A program made the translations under genes and the position numbers. Below the pieces are notes generated by a model. The model saw nothing but the letters and a program-made list of their open reading frames with translations. It did no database searches and was not told where the DNA came from. Shown piece by piece: positions 1 to 13,399 of a stretch of DNA of 64,000 bases (positions are counted from its first letter, which is position 1; each line of letters begins with the position of its first letter). Source of the DNA: Camelus ferus (lineage: Eukaryota); NCBI RefSeq assembly GCF_009834535.1, contig NC_045696.1, positions 24,678,001 through 24,742,000 on the forward strand, written 5' to 3'.

Positions 1-3000
1 AGCTGAGAGTGGCCAAAAGCCAGGTAGGTGTGATGAGGACTGATAGTGTACTTCTTCCATCCCCAGGCTTCTGGGTCTTTGCCATAGGAGAGAATGGCAG
101 GGAGCCAGGAATGGAAGCCAGGACGGCACAGGGAGGGTGAGTCTACCTTATACTACAGCGCTCTGTAATTGTAACTCACTCAATGCTAGAATGCTAGTAC
201 TAAAGAAATGGATTAGATGCACTGATGATTCTAAAATATTCTGACAGACTCATCATAGGATCAGAAGTTAAACAGAAATGAGAGAAAAATTAAAACACCC
301 AGAATTTCTGTCACTGCATTTTACAACTTACCTCCAGGAAATCTCTACATCTAACTTTTTGAATTCAGCTCTGTAGACATTTTTAAAAATTAGAATGATA
401 CCTGATATGAGTCATGACTTTCCCTTTTGATCCCAAGTTTGCAACATCTGTACTGACAGGGTAAGTTGAAAAACTACTGGGGGGAGAGGCTGGGTGGCCT
501 ACCATATAGCAACGAAACCACGTGGCAAGAGCTCAGCTGCAGAAATGTGCGGGGTCAGTCCCAGGGGAAGGACCAGCAAGGTGAGTGGGAGGCCTTACTC
601 AGAAAGCAAGAGATGTGATTTCGAGGTCTAGGGTTGAGAGTGAAAGATTTGTGTAGCAGTGGCTCATTTTTTTTTATTATTACAAACACAAGCAGAAATC
701 ACACACATACACAAACTGGGAATATTAGCTAATGAGTAACAGATATCCATATATGCCCTCATTGACATAATTTACATAATCAGTACTAAATGGCTCAGAT
801 AGATTTAAAAATAAACTTTTGATTGGTGACCTATGACAATAGTACCTCTGGCTGTCCAGACACAACCTGCATGACACTACTCTCTCTACTTTCTCTCTTG
901 ACTTACTTCCCTTATTCCTTTCTTAACTTCTGTGACCCATATTTAATCCATCTGCATTTGAGTACTGCCACTGATATGTTGCGGTCATAGTCTCAGCTCA
1001 GTGATAAAACAGAATTAAAATAATAGCTAAACTTTTCTGATAGAGTTTTATACTAGTACAAGCAATGAACCAAGGGTCAAAGGACATATGCACCAGTCCA
1101 AGTTCTACCAATGGGTATCCATGTGATTAGTTACATTTGCTAACTCATTAGACAGCTTCTTAAGTAATCTGAGCCTTGATTTTCCATCTGTAAAATGTAA
1201 TTTATTTTCTGTCCACTCCAAAAAGCTGTGGAATCGAGATCATATACATGAAAGCTTTTTACAAACTGTAAATTGCTATAAAATATCCTTGAATTCATAT
1301 TTATGGTCAGGAAGTATAGACATGCATCTGGAGTAAATGTAAAATGATGACAAGAGGTGATTAGCTAGAAGTGTAAAAATAAAAGCTAGAAAACTGTCTG
1401 CAGGAGCTAAATGAAAATTATGATAATACCAGCAATCGTAATGTTTAATGTGATCCTATTTACATCACTGCTGAAGGCTGATAGAGGCAGGGTGGCATTT
1501 GAGTTGTGCATAATTGTCAGTATATTGTTGATTTAACACCCAAAGTTTATTTGCCTAGCAAATATCACAAATGCTAAGCTAATTTTGAGAAAACATAATG
1601 CCAAGTTCCTGTGACCCCCCAATCTCTGCTCCATGCTTTAAGTTTCACTTTTTGTTTATTGTGTGTTGCCCTCAAGGTTATAAGGAAAGGAATAGAAAGG
1701 ATGAGTCAATAATAAATATTCTTGCCAGAAAAATAAACACCGAGTTGTACTGTTGTTAATAAAAGAGTATCACATGTTAAAACAAATGAGGTAATTTTTC
1801 TGCCCTACTTGGCATTTAAAAGCCCTCACCATTCAGGTTCTGGGTTTTCTTTGTTAAAGTACACTCAGAAATTGGAAGAAATTCAGAGAACGGCAACCAG
1901 ATTAAAAAGTTTAGTAAATAAAGAAGAGTTGAGAAGATGGGGAAATCTTAGTTATGAGAAAAACGAAACAACTAGCACAGTAAAAGATCAAGGGAAGACA
2001 GATAGTAAATTTAGAACCATTTTACATAGCAAGCAAAGGACAAAATATGATGCATTATAGTTCTTACTGGTAAGATCTACTGTTACAAAAGAAAATACAC
2101 AGCGACATATCAATTATCCAATTTCATCTGAGTACAAAAAGGTCACATTTTTAAGAAGTAACTTGAGGATTATAACTGTAATTATCCACAATGCCAACTT
2201 GCTTGATTTACCCAAGTCACCTCCACTCTTTCTTTTTTTCCATGAATGGAAAATAAATAAAGATACAAACAATCTGGACACCATCCCTCAATGCTATTGA
2301 AAATGCTAAAGCATAAGCAGTGCAAATTAGACATTACAGAATGAACAATTTGTATTTTATTGCTAAGTTATTCAGAGTCTTAAGGAAATGTAACCCCTAT
2401 GGTATTGTATATAGTAACACCCAAAACCATGACTACCCAGAGATTATTTAAAGATGTTTCATCAGGAATATCATGACTTCCATGTTTCTGCACAGTGGGC
2501 AATTTATTTTCATTTTGGGCTCCAAGCAGGAAGTGTTTATTCCTGCCAAAGAAGATGTAAAATTTCCCCCTCTCCTGTTGCCACTGAGGCTGCTACTATC
2601 ACAGAAAGAACAGAGTTGTCAAAGAGAACATAGATTCAAATGGAGGACTGAGGCATGAGAGAAGAGAGTCACAGTATCACATGGCCACAGAGAGCATTTG
2701 GTGAGATTTTGGACAAAATCAGGTCTTCTAAAAGAAATCAGTTGAGAATGGTTCAGTGTATTGTGCACTCTGATTAAACACATATGCATAAAATAAAGAA
2801 TAATGATTTAAAAAAAAAAGTAAGTATAATATATTCCAGTGAAGACCACATGGGTCAAGAGAAAAACAAGGCACACAGAAAAAGAATATAGTCCAACCCA
2901 GATGTATTTCATTAGCCGATGTAGGATCATTACTAGTTCTTCATAGAGAAAACTTGATAAAATGTGGCAGATATTTCTCATTTTAAAAAATGCTTCTAAT

Positions 3001-3621
3001 TTCACAGACAAGAAAAAGCTGCAGGAGTTTAGCAACACTAAACCCATGGTAAAAATGCTTCTAATGTAAAAATAGAAAAAGACCATTTCCTAAATATCAT
3101 TAAGTAGTATTTATTAGAAACTAACAGAAAATATTGAAGGATCCCATTCTAAACACATCCCCAATAAAACCAGAAGCAAGATAGGTATGACTGAGGGGCA
3201 CCAAAAGTTCGGAGAGTTTAGCTCATGCAACAAATGTTAGAAAAGAATTTGCTAATTAATTAAATTTTATGGGAAAAAAGATAAAACTACCATTATTTGC
3301 AGATGATGTAAGTTTATGCCCAGAGTATCCAAAAGAAATAACTAAAATATTATTTAAAATTTTTTGTATTATTTTTATTTTTAGAAATAGGGTGTCATGT
3401 GTGAGAAAGTATAAAAGTTGGAACCTATCAGATTTCATGATCGATTTCATGTTGGTAGCAAAAGTAGATATCAAAGTCTAAAATTTTAACTTGGATCATG
3501 AGTCTAGCTCTATCTCCAATACAACCCCTTTACCACAGGCCACCAACATCTCTGGCCTGGGTTACTGTCACAACTCCATTCTTTTCAGTCCAATCAATTA
3601 TCCTCACAGCTGTTGGACTGG

Positions 3622-4970
3622 TTTTTTTCAATTGAGATATAATTGACATATAACATTATACATTATACAATCTGATATTTGTACATATTATGAAATGATC
3701 ACCACAAAGTCTAGTTAACATCCATCACCACAAATGGTTACTTTTTTTCTTGTGATGAGATTTTTAAGATCTACTCTCTTAGCAACTTGCAAATATACAA
3801 TACAGTATTATTAACAATAGTCAGCATGCTGTACACTATACCCCCAGAACTTACTTATTTTATAATCAAAAGTTGGACCTTTTGATCCCTTTCACCGATT
3901 TTGCCCACCCTTACCTTCCTGCCTCTAGCAACCAACAATCTGCCCTCTATGAGTTCAGTTTTTTTAAATTCCACATATAAATGAGATCATGTAACATTTG
4001 TCTTTCTCTGACTTACATCACTTAATGTAATACCCTCAAGATCCATCCATGTTGTCACAAATGGCAAGATTTCCTTCCTTTCTGTGGCTGAATAATACTC
4101 CATTGTATATAAATACCAGATTTTCTTTATCCTTTCATCCATTAATGGACATTTAGGAGGCACCCATGCTTTGGCTATTGCAAATAATGCTGCAATGGAC
4201 ATGGAGGTGCATATATCAAGTTAGTGTTATCACTCCCTTCAGATAAATACCCAGAAGCAGAACTGCTGGATCATATGGTAGCTAGATTTTTAATTTTTTA
4301 AGGAAACTCCATACTATTTTCCATAGTGGCTGCACCAATTTACATTCTTACCAACATTGCATAAGGGTTCCCTTTCCTCAACATTCTTTTTTTATGTAAA
4401 AAACATAAAATAAAAATCATTGATATTAAATTTCCTTTGAAAACATAAAATGTCCTATGTGTTGGACATTTAGACTATTTTCTATGTTCTTTTTTTAATT
4501 GAAGTATAGTTGATTTATGTGTTAGTTTCAGATATACAGCAAAGTGATTCAGTTAGACATATATATATATTCTTCTTCAGATTCTTGTCCATTATAGGTT
4601 ATTCCAAGTATTGAATATAGTTCCCTGTGCTATATAGTAGTTCCTTGTTCCTCCACATTCTTGCCAACTTGTTATTTCTTGTCTTTTTGATAATAGCCAT
4701 CCTAACAGGAGTGAGATGATATTTCACTGTGGTTTTGATTTGCATTTCCCTGATGATTAGTGATGTTGAGCACCTTTCATATACTTGTTGGCCATCTGTA
4801 TGTCTTCTTTGGAAAAATGTCTATTCAGATATTCTGCCCATTTTTTTTAGACTGGATTGCTTGTTTGCTTTGGATTTTGTTTGTTTGTTCTTTGCTATTG
4901 ACTTGTGTGAGTTTTTTATATATTTTGGATATTAACCCCTTATCAGATATATGATTTGTAAATATGGTTT
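3622..4970 (-). mobile_element. L1 3' fragment (ORF2 C-terminus and 3'UTR, L1MA-type) with a nested insertion
   Basis: ORF 3987-4202 reads ALFAIAKAW..KCP..DERIKKIWYLYTMEYYSA..WMDLEGITLS, the L1 ORF2 C-terminus; T-tract at the left end. Confidence 0.9.
4389..4647 (-). mobile_element. Younger 5'-truncated L1 3' end with a ~95-bp 3' extension and 15-bp TSD
   Basis: ttttttaattgaagtatagttgattt...gttccctgtgctatatagtag at 4490-4647; direct repeats TTCCTC(A/C)ACATTCTT at 4374-4388 and 4648-4662. Confidence 0.8.
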
Positions 4971-7900
4971 CCTTTACTGTGCTAAAAATACTTTTAGAGC
5001 TAGTAAGTGAATTCTATGAAGTGGTTCTATATACGAAAAACACAAAAACCAATAGTTTTCCTTTACAAATAAAAAAATAAGTTGGAAAATAAAATTGTTG
5101 GAAATAAGTTGGAAAAGATCTAATTTATACTAGCAACAAAATTTGTTAGTGCTTAAGTATGGTTTTAACAAGAAAGTAATAAAAATATAAGAAGAAACCT
5201 ATATAGTCTTACTAAAGAACATACAGGAACATACATACCATTTTCCTAGATGGAAAGACTTAACCCTATTCAGATATAAAGGATTTATATTAGTAAGTAA
5301 ACTTAATAATATTCCGAAGAGAAGTTTGACTTTATTTTCTTTTTGAAACCTGACAAGTGGATACAAAGTTAAGAAAATTTTGAAAAGAATAATGAGAAAG
5401 GATGTGGCCCACCAGATATTAAGATGTATGTCATGATTATTGTAAATTTAAAGTCTCATACACATACAAGAATTGAGTAGTAGGTAAGTGGACTAGAATA
5501 AAGTTCAGAATTAATGCAAGGTATATATTCGAATCTATATATGATAAATTTGGCATTTCACATCAGTGAGGAAAGGATGATTTTATTCAATTAATAGTAA
5601 TAAGACAATTAGCTGTCACATGAAAAAGAACAGCTGAATTATTATATCACACTTACACCATAATAAATGACAGGTCATTTAAGATGTAAATGTGAAAACA
5701 ACACACCTGTGATTATACTAGAAAAAAAAGTATGGGAGAAAAATCTTAGTAATGGAAGCATACAAGTCAAAGTAAGTCAGATACCATTCTTCATCTACCA
5801 GCTTTGGAAAATTAAAAAAAGATTAGGGTTGATTTAAAAGTGGAGAAGCAGACATGCTCCTATATTGTTGTGGGAAGTATAAATTGTTTAAAATGCTCTC
5901 TAATCCAGCAATCATACTTATAATAATCTATTTTTTTGAAAATAATGACAAGAATATCAGTCAAAAATTTGCTTACAATAATAAAACACTGGAAGCAACT
6001 GAAAAATCCACCAGGGAGTAATCAAACAAATCCTAACTTTAGAATAGAATACTGTTCAGTCATTAAAAAGAATGAGGTGGATAACCTGGAAATAGGTCCT
6101 GAATGTACTGTTAAACACTAAGAACAATCTTTCAACTGTTACACAGAGCATGGTTCTATTGACATGATTAGCTGGTTACAGCAAGGCGAGCATGGAGACT
6201 GACTCCACAACCCACTGCCACTATGCACCATGCCCCTGTGGTTATGGCAAGGTTTGGAACGAACAGCGTGCAGGTCAGAGACACGATGGTATCCCAAATA
6301 GATGATGACACCACGGAGAACAAGGCAGATGTTAGAGCCAGAAAACCAGGTGCTGAGACATTATTCTCATCTCTTCACTCTAACTGAAAACAGGTGAAGT
6401 ATAAGCCCTTCCTCTCAGGCTGGCTACCAATAGTTTAGTTGGAATTCTTAACCATATGGATGAGTTTTGATGAAAACCAACACCATGAGAAAAAATACAC
6501 AAACACAAAAGGAATTGATGTGCGAGTAAAAATAATTATTTATGCAATCAGAAAAGATACTTGCACTAAAAATTAATTATCCTTAGTGTGATACAGGTAT
6601 GTCATCTAGGATGTATGGAGAGAAGATTCTAAAAATTTTTTAAAAAGCAATGTATGTTTGCTGAAATTAAACAAAAAACAAATCTTGATATATAGCCTTA
6701 ACAGCCATAGTGGAAGAGCAAATCAGTGAACTGGAAGAGAAGATGGGAGAATTTTCCCAGAACAAATCACAAATGCATGAAGTTTAAAAATAGAAAAAGA
6801 TCATCATTAAGAGACAGGGAGAAAAATTCCCAAGAGGCCAACACCCATCTAGTATGATTTCTAGAAGAAAAAGCTGGAGAGAATAAAAAGAAAGCCACTG
6901 AATAAAAAGTCTGGAAGGATATAATCACAAAATAATTTACAGTGATTACAGTGAAGTGGAGTTGAAAGAGAATGGGAGTAGGTAAATCAAAGTTTTTAAC
7001 AATTAAAAGTGCAAAGTGATTTTAAAATTTTTTGGTGTAATAATACTATGTGTATAGAAGGTGTGGCCCAGTTATTCACAGAAAAAATATTTCTATTATC
7101 TTAAACAATTTTACAGTTATCTTTGTAGGGAGCCCAGATCAGGTAGATCTTTGTTAACCATTAGAATCACCATTCTGTTGTCCAAAGGAAGCAAAAACCA
7201 AGTAAGCAGAACACATTTCAAAATTCCATTTTAATGACTTACTCTATCTTTTATACTATCAGCCTAATAAACTTTTTACCATAATTCTACCCCTACTGGT
7301 TTCTGTAAAACAGGTGAAAGTTTAACACAAAGACTTTTTGCTTCACTCTACTACAATCATTCTCATGCCTACTTGATTTGTTTGGTGATAATCTCAAATA
7401 GACGTAATGTGAGAGGCCAAGTCATCATAACAAGAAGTGGTATCTTGAAGAGATTATCTGGATGATTCCAAGAGACCTCCTACTTATCGTGGGCATTTAT
7501 TCCAAATGATTGATTTGTTAATATACTATAACCATTTTCTAGTTATTTTCAATTCTTACAGCTGTAGTCTTATCTTAAATGGAGGATGAGAATCTCATTG
7601 TCTTCTTAGATAACCACAAGTCACATTCAGACAAAGAAATACTGAAGAGGGCTTCCCTTCCATCTGACTAATGAGAGGACGAGGATTTTTATGGTGTCTT
7701 AGTTGAGAGGGGCATCAGGTAGGGCTCCATGTAATTTCATCTGCCCCTTCTACCACTTACCTATCTTTGCTTCAAAATTCTATTTTGGGGTTCACAAATC
7801 AAATATGACATTATCACCTCATGCCAAACAGGAATACCACCATTTTTCCATATCTATTTATTGAGTTGGGGGAAAAACTACATGATATCCAAGACAACTG

Positions 7901-10900
7901 GTGTCAGGATGTAGTGACCAGAATAGACACAGGCAACAGAATCACTATCAGCAGTGCTGATGGCAGAGGCGAGCGAGCACAGAAAACAATGTCCCTTCAA
8001 TTTTGTGTCTAGTAAAAGACTAAAGTTTGGCCTTTCCATAAGGTAAGTAAATATTAGAAGAGGCCTGGCTTGCAGGTGAAAACTGCTAGAAGTTTAAATG
8101 AGCTGAAAAAATTTTTGAAATTACAAATAATGAGGGAGCCAAGAATCATGACAATTCTGCAGGTGAAAGAATCCAAGGTAAAGAATGAATTATTCCAAAA
8201 GTTATTTCAAAAGCAGTTTTTTAGCACTGTCACTTCCTTAGCAACTTCCTGAAAGAACTGCCTGTGCTAATGTATGCATGGGCTGCAAACCTCACCCAAC
8301 TTTCCACAGTCGTTTTACCTCTCTGCTTCCCTCCTGTCATGAAGACTGCGATCCCCCGGGTGACATTTACCAGCATCGCCAAAACTAAATAAAACACAAA
8401 CACAAGTAAGTAATGTCGATCTTCAAGTGCTGGGAACTGTGACAGGAATTTAGTTTTCATTGCTTTTTCCTTAAAACAACTCCAAAGCCTCAGTTCTGTC
8501 ATTGTTAGGTTTTAGAGGTTTAGTCCTGTTAGCAGGAAAACCATCCGTCCTGCTGTTCCCCTGTGGGCGATGGAACACTGCGAAGCTCTATTATCTTGAA
8601 AGCACTTCTTTGGTAATTCTCAAGACCTCATTTCTCAATCCAGCAGTGTGGGTGAGCAACTGCATGTGTTCTTCAGAATCAGAATTACTGTCCACAGGGA
8701 ATCTGGCTCTCCCGGTGCCATTTACATCCATTGCTGTGTACTTTGAGACAGAACATTTGGGACATGACCCATGTAAAATATCACGTATCTCAGGAAAAGC
8801 TTTTACTTATCCAAAGGCAGCTGTGGTAAAAAGAGTCAGTCTTGGTCTCCTTAAATATCTTTGTGCCATTTCTCCATCCAGATGTTGGATGTTGTCCTCT
8901 GTCACCCATCAGAAGTCCAGTGGTCTTTCTCTCCTTCTATCACCATCATTTCAAAAACTGATTTTATATAATCATTGACGCTTGACTATGAATGGCTTTA
9001 ATCATTGCAATTGTTCCTGGGAAATCTGCATTTAAGCCTTATTTCTGATTGTGTACAAATTATGTAAAGAATATCTTGTCTTTCATTAAATTAAGTTTAG
9101 GCATCATATAAAACTCGGCAAATAGGAATTCTCATCATATTCCATGATCTTTTCTCTTGTGTGAGGGAGAAACTACGCAGAAGCCTGACCAGACTCCAGA
9201 GGGATGGAGGGAGTCCCAAACTGACTGAAAGCAGAGTATTGTGAGTTGAGGCAGCACCCTTAGCTCCAGCACCCAGGTCCACCCACTCAAGCTCTACTCT
9301 TCATGCCCTTTGCTTCCTTTCCTCTAGTGATCCATTATGATTCTCTTCCTCGAGAACCTAAGATCTCAGTGATCAAAGCCCATTTACCATGTCTTTCTTC
9401 TCTATTTCATGTTTATCTAAAATTCCAGGTGCTTAGACAGCACCATGTCCACAGGCCCAGAAGTTCTACTTCCTTAAAACTTCTTTTTAAAAACTACTCA
9501 AGCTGAAATTTCTGAGTGTGGAAAAGGGTCAAGCAGATTTGAGAATAACAGTGAAATGAATAAGAAGAGGAAGAGAGGAATACTAGTGACCTCAAACCTG
9601 AAAACTGAATATATTCCTCCTCCTGCCTTCTTTCCAACCACCTCCCCACCTTGAAGGGCCAGAGACAACCCGGAGCAGGAGGCAGCAAAGCTCCAAGCCG
9701 GGAAGGAGAGAAAAATCCAAGAACAAAGCCGTTACCTCCTCCACGTTGTGGCTTCCAAGCACAGCAGGAAGCAGAGCAGAGAGAAGTTATTTCACTATAA
9801 ATGGAGAATTTGTACCAATATACTGGATTGAATCTAGCACTTAAAATGAGATTGTTTTTTTAGTTTGAAAGTGATCAGAGTTCTTTTATAATCAGAAAGA
9901 ATAGAAGAGTTATGAGAGAAGTCCAAGATATCTGATAGGGTGAAAAGTACAACTACTTCGCCAAGCAGTTTGAAGGGACAGTAGGAGAAACAGAAATAGT
10001 GTCTTCAGCATGCACCCTAAGGACAGGTGCACACCGCCATACTTTGACATAAGCTGTATTTAGTCTGTTTTCATTTAGGAGGAACAATATTTGAGGCAGA
10101 ATTGTCTATGAAGATGACAATGGCACTAACGTTTATGTCCTTTGGTTTGTCACCGGCTTTGGAGAAAGCAAGTGCAATCCAGAGACCAGTGTGTTGGGTA
10201 TACTGAATAATAAAAAGTCGAACAGTGTTTAGTACAATAATGAGTGACACCAATAATTCATGTTAAAGCTTGATGCAAGAACAAAATTTTAAAAAAAACA
10301 GTATTAGAAACCTTTTATTGTAAAAACTTTATACCCAGTCCAGGGTGGAAACAGCTTTGAGCTGATAAGGAAAAGTCCCTGGGGAGCTGCTGTCGGCTTA
10401 GATGAGGAGAGAGAGTTATGAGGCATTTGAGAATTAGCACCTTTTCTCTCTAATGAATTACAGAACAGGAGACTGTCAGTAGAATTATTTATGAGAATGG
10501 CCACAACATAGTTGCTATCAGAAGTACAGGCTGTACAAATAATCACCTGTTATGTAGAAAATATAGAAATCAACCTATACATATTTGTTATACTTTATGC
10601 TTTACACTTTACCCTAAATTAATTTAAAAGTACACACATATGATTTACAAACAATACAAACAAGCCTATACTTGGGGGTGCTTCTCAAAATATTACTGAT
10701 AAGTGTGTGCCATAAAAATATTTGGTGACCACTGATGAGGTGGACCAGACCTTCAGCTGGGAGAAGATTGGCCTCAGGTCTCCATTCTGTCCTGTTAGCT
10801 TTACGACATTGAGCACACCTCTGTACTAGTTTCCCCGTCTGCAAGTGAGAATTAATGATAACTATACCACATTTGTAAAGGCAAATTTCAAAACTGAGAA

Positions 10901-11194
10901 GTAATTGAAATATAAAATGTCTCACTAAACGGCATTTCCTCAAATTTTGCAGTTTTAGGCAAAAGCTTTGTCATCTATCAGAAACTAGGGTAGATTTCGA
11001 AGCTTTTTTTTTTTTTTTTTTTTTTTTTGGAAAGCAAACCTCAAATTAAGTTTATTCTGGAAAGCTAATTAAACTACATTAACAATGCCCATACCATCCC
11101 TCACAAAGTTTTAGAGGTACTGTAACTTTTTCTTTAATATTATCATCAGCACTTATCTCAAAATGTCATAATCCTTAGGTTTAAAGTCTAAGTT

Positions 11195-12150
11195 CATTTT
11201 TTTAATAGACTTTATTTTTTAAAATAGACACAGACTTACAGAAATATTAAGAAAAACAGTACATAGACTCAGACTCAATTTCTCATTGTATTAATGTCTT
11301 ACATTAGTACAGTACATTTGTTGCAATTACTCAACCAACACCTAATGCCCTGGGATGAGCTCCAGGATCCCATCCAGGATGCCACATTACATTTAGCTGT
11401 TAGGACTCCTTAGGCTCCTGTTGTTTCTGCCTGACAACATAGACAGCTTTAAGGAGTATTGGTCAGAATTTGTAGGATACTCCTCTACTGGAATTTGGTA
11501 TTTTTCTCATGATTATACTGGAGTTATGGGTCTGGGGAGAATACCCCAGAGGTAAAGTGCCATTTTCATCATAGGATATCAAGGGTACACACTATCAACA
11601 TGATTTATGACTGTTGGTATTGGTCTCAATCACCTGGCTGACTCGGTGTTGATCTTAATCACCAGGCTTCTCCACTGTAAAGTTACTCTTTGTCCCCACT
11701 TTGCATACTGTCCTCTTTGGAAGGAAGTCACTGTGAGCCCACACTTAATGATGGGGAGTTATGCTCCCTCTCCTTGAGGGCAGAGTAGCTACATAAATAA
11801 TTGGAGTTCTTGTACATAGGAGATTTGTTCCTTCTCCTACAATTATTTATTTATTCATTCATTTATTACATTTGGCATTATTATACCAGTATGGTCTCAT
11901 AAACATTTATTTTATACATTGTGTTATAATCCAATGTTACTTCATTTTCTTACTTAAATTGTTCCAGTTTTGGCCATCAAGAGTTCTTTCAGTTGGTTCC
12001 TCGGTTCCTTTGACACATTCCCATCAATATGGGTTTTGTTTGTTTCTTTGTGAGCATTTCTGTGGTTTCTGATACTACAAAATTGTTCATACTCATCTTG
12101 TATATTTCCTACTCCAGTTCTGGAATCAATCATTTCTCCAAGGAGTCCTG
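11195..12150 (-). mobile_element. Old L1 (L1MC/MD-type) 3' end
   Basis: Typical motifs: tacatttgttgcaatt, ccaggatcccatccaggat, gaggtaaagtgccattttcatc, catttctccaaggagtcctg. Confidence 0.7.
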
Positions 12151-12685
12151 ATTATCATAAGCTTTTTGTGCCATCATGAAAATATGCAACGTTACCTTAT
12201 GCATCCTAAAAACATGACTGAACCTACAACAAAACCAAATGCAATAAGATTTTTATAATTTATCATGTTATATTAAAAAAGGTGAAATGGAGAGTATCTG
12301 AAAATAAAGGCACTGGAAATGTGAAGAGACTGTAATTGTAGAAACAAAATGATGACATTTGAAGAGTTTAATCATAAAGACTTTATCAATATTTTACCAG
12401 TAATAATCACACAAAAGATAAAGGTCAGAAAAATCCATTCTTTAATCCTCAGGCACTGGTTCTGACTTGAAACATCAAATATACTAATGAAGAATTATAC
12501 ACCAAAACTGAGTAAGTAGTTTTAAAATTTATGATGTTAGAGTTCTACATCATCAGCTAATGGGATTCCACCAATTCGTAGGAAATATCTAGAGGCAGAA
12601 AAAGAAAAACAAACAAGCAGGACATAAAACATTTAAAACAAAAGTGGAATTTTAGGACTGAAAGGACATTAGCAGTCATCTAATC

Positions 12686-13085
12686 TGGATTAGTTTGCTA
12701 GGGTTTCCATAACAAACTACCACAGACTATCTACACAAAAGAAATTTAATTTCTCACTGCCTAGAGGCTCAAAGTCCAGGATCAACATTTGGGCAGGTTT
12801 GGTCTCTTCTGAGACCTCTCTGTGGTTTGCACATAGCTGCCTTCTTGCTGTGTCCCTCCCATGGTCTTTTTCAGTGCTCACGCATCCCTGGTATCTCTAT
12901 GTGTCCAAATTTCCTCTTCTTGCAAGGATATCAGTCAGATTGAATCAGGGCCCATGTTAATGGCCTCATTTTAGGTTAATCATCTCTTTAAAGGCGTATC
13001 TCCAAATATAGTCACATTCTGAGGTACTGAGGATTAGAGTTTCAACATAGTGAGTTTTGGGGGAAAAGCAATTCAGTCCATTACA
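12686..13085 (-). mobile_element. MaLR LTR (MLT1-type)
   Basis: attagtttgctaggg..ccataacaaactaccacagact at one end and tctccaaatatagtcacattctgaggtactg near the other. Confidence 0.8.
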
Positions 13086-13399
13086 TAATCCAAACTAATT
13101 ATTTTACAAATAAGAAAACCAAGATACAGCAGAGTAAAAGGATTCATCTAGGAATAAAAAAAGTTAGGATTGGAAAACAATTTCTTCTCCCAAGACACAC
13201 CTTTTTCTGCACTATACTGTCCCTAGAAGAAAGTATTCTAGTATTGAAAGATCTAAAAACATACGACGATACAGGACATGAAAAATTCCTTGTATTAATA
13301 TTCCCTCTTGTTTTATAAACTTTGTGAGGGAATATGTGAGCAAATCCAAGAAAAGTTAATTTACAGGAAACTCAAGTCATAGTCTAGGCTCATTTCTTT

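Noticed and set aside
8230..8978. Back-to-back 90-aa (-) and 158-aa (+) ORFs
   Set aside because: No recognisable domain, the + ORF has a non-ATG start, and there is no exon chain.
10068..10203. Exon-like segment (ttttcatttag...TGG|gtatac)
   Set aside because: Weak donor, no recognisable translation, and no partner exons.
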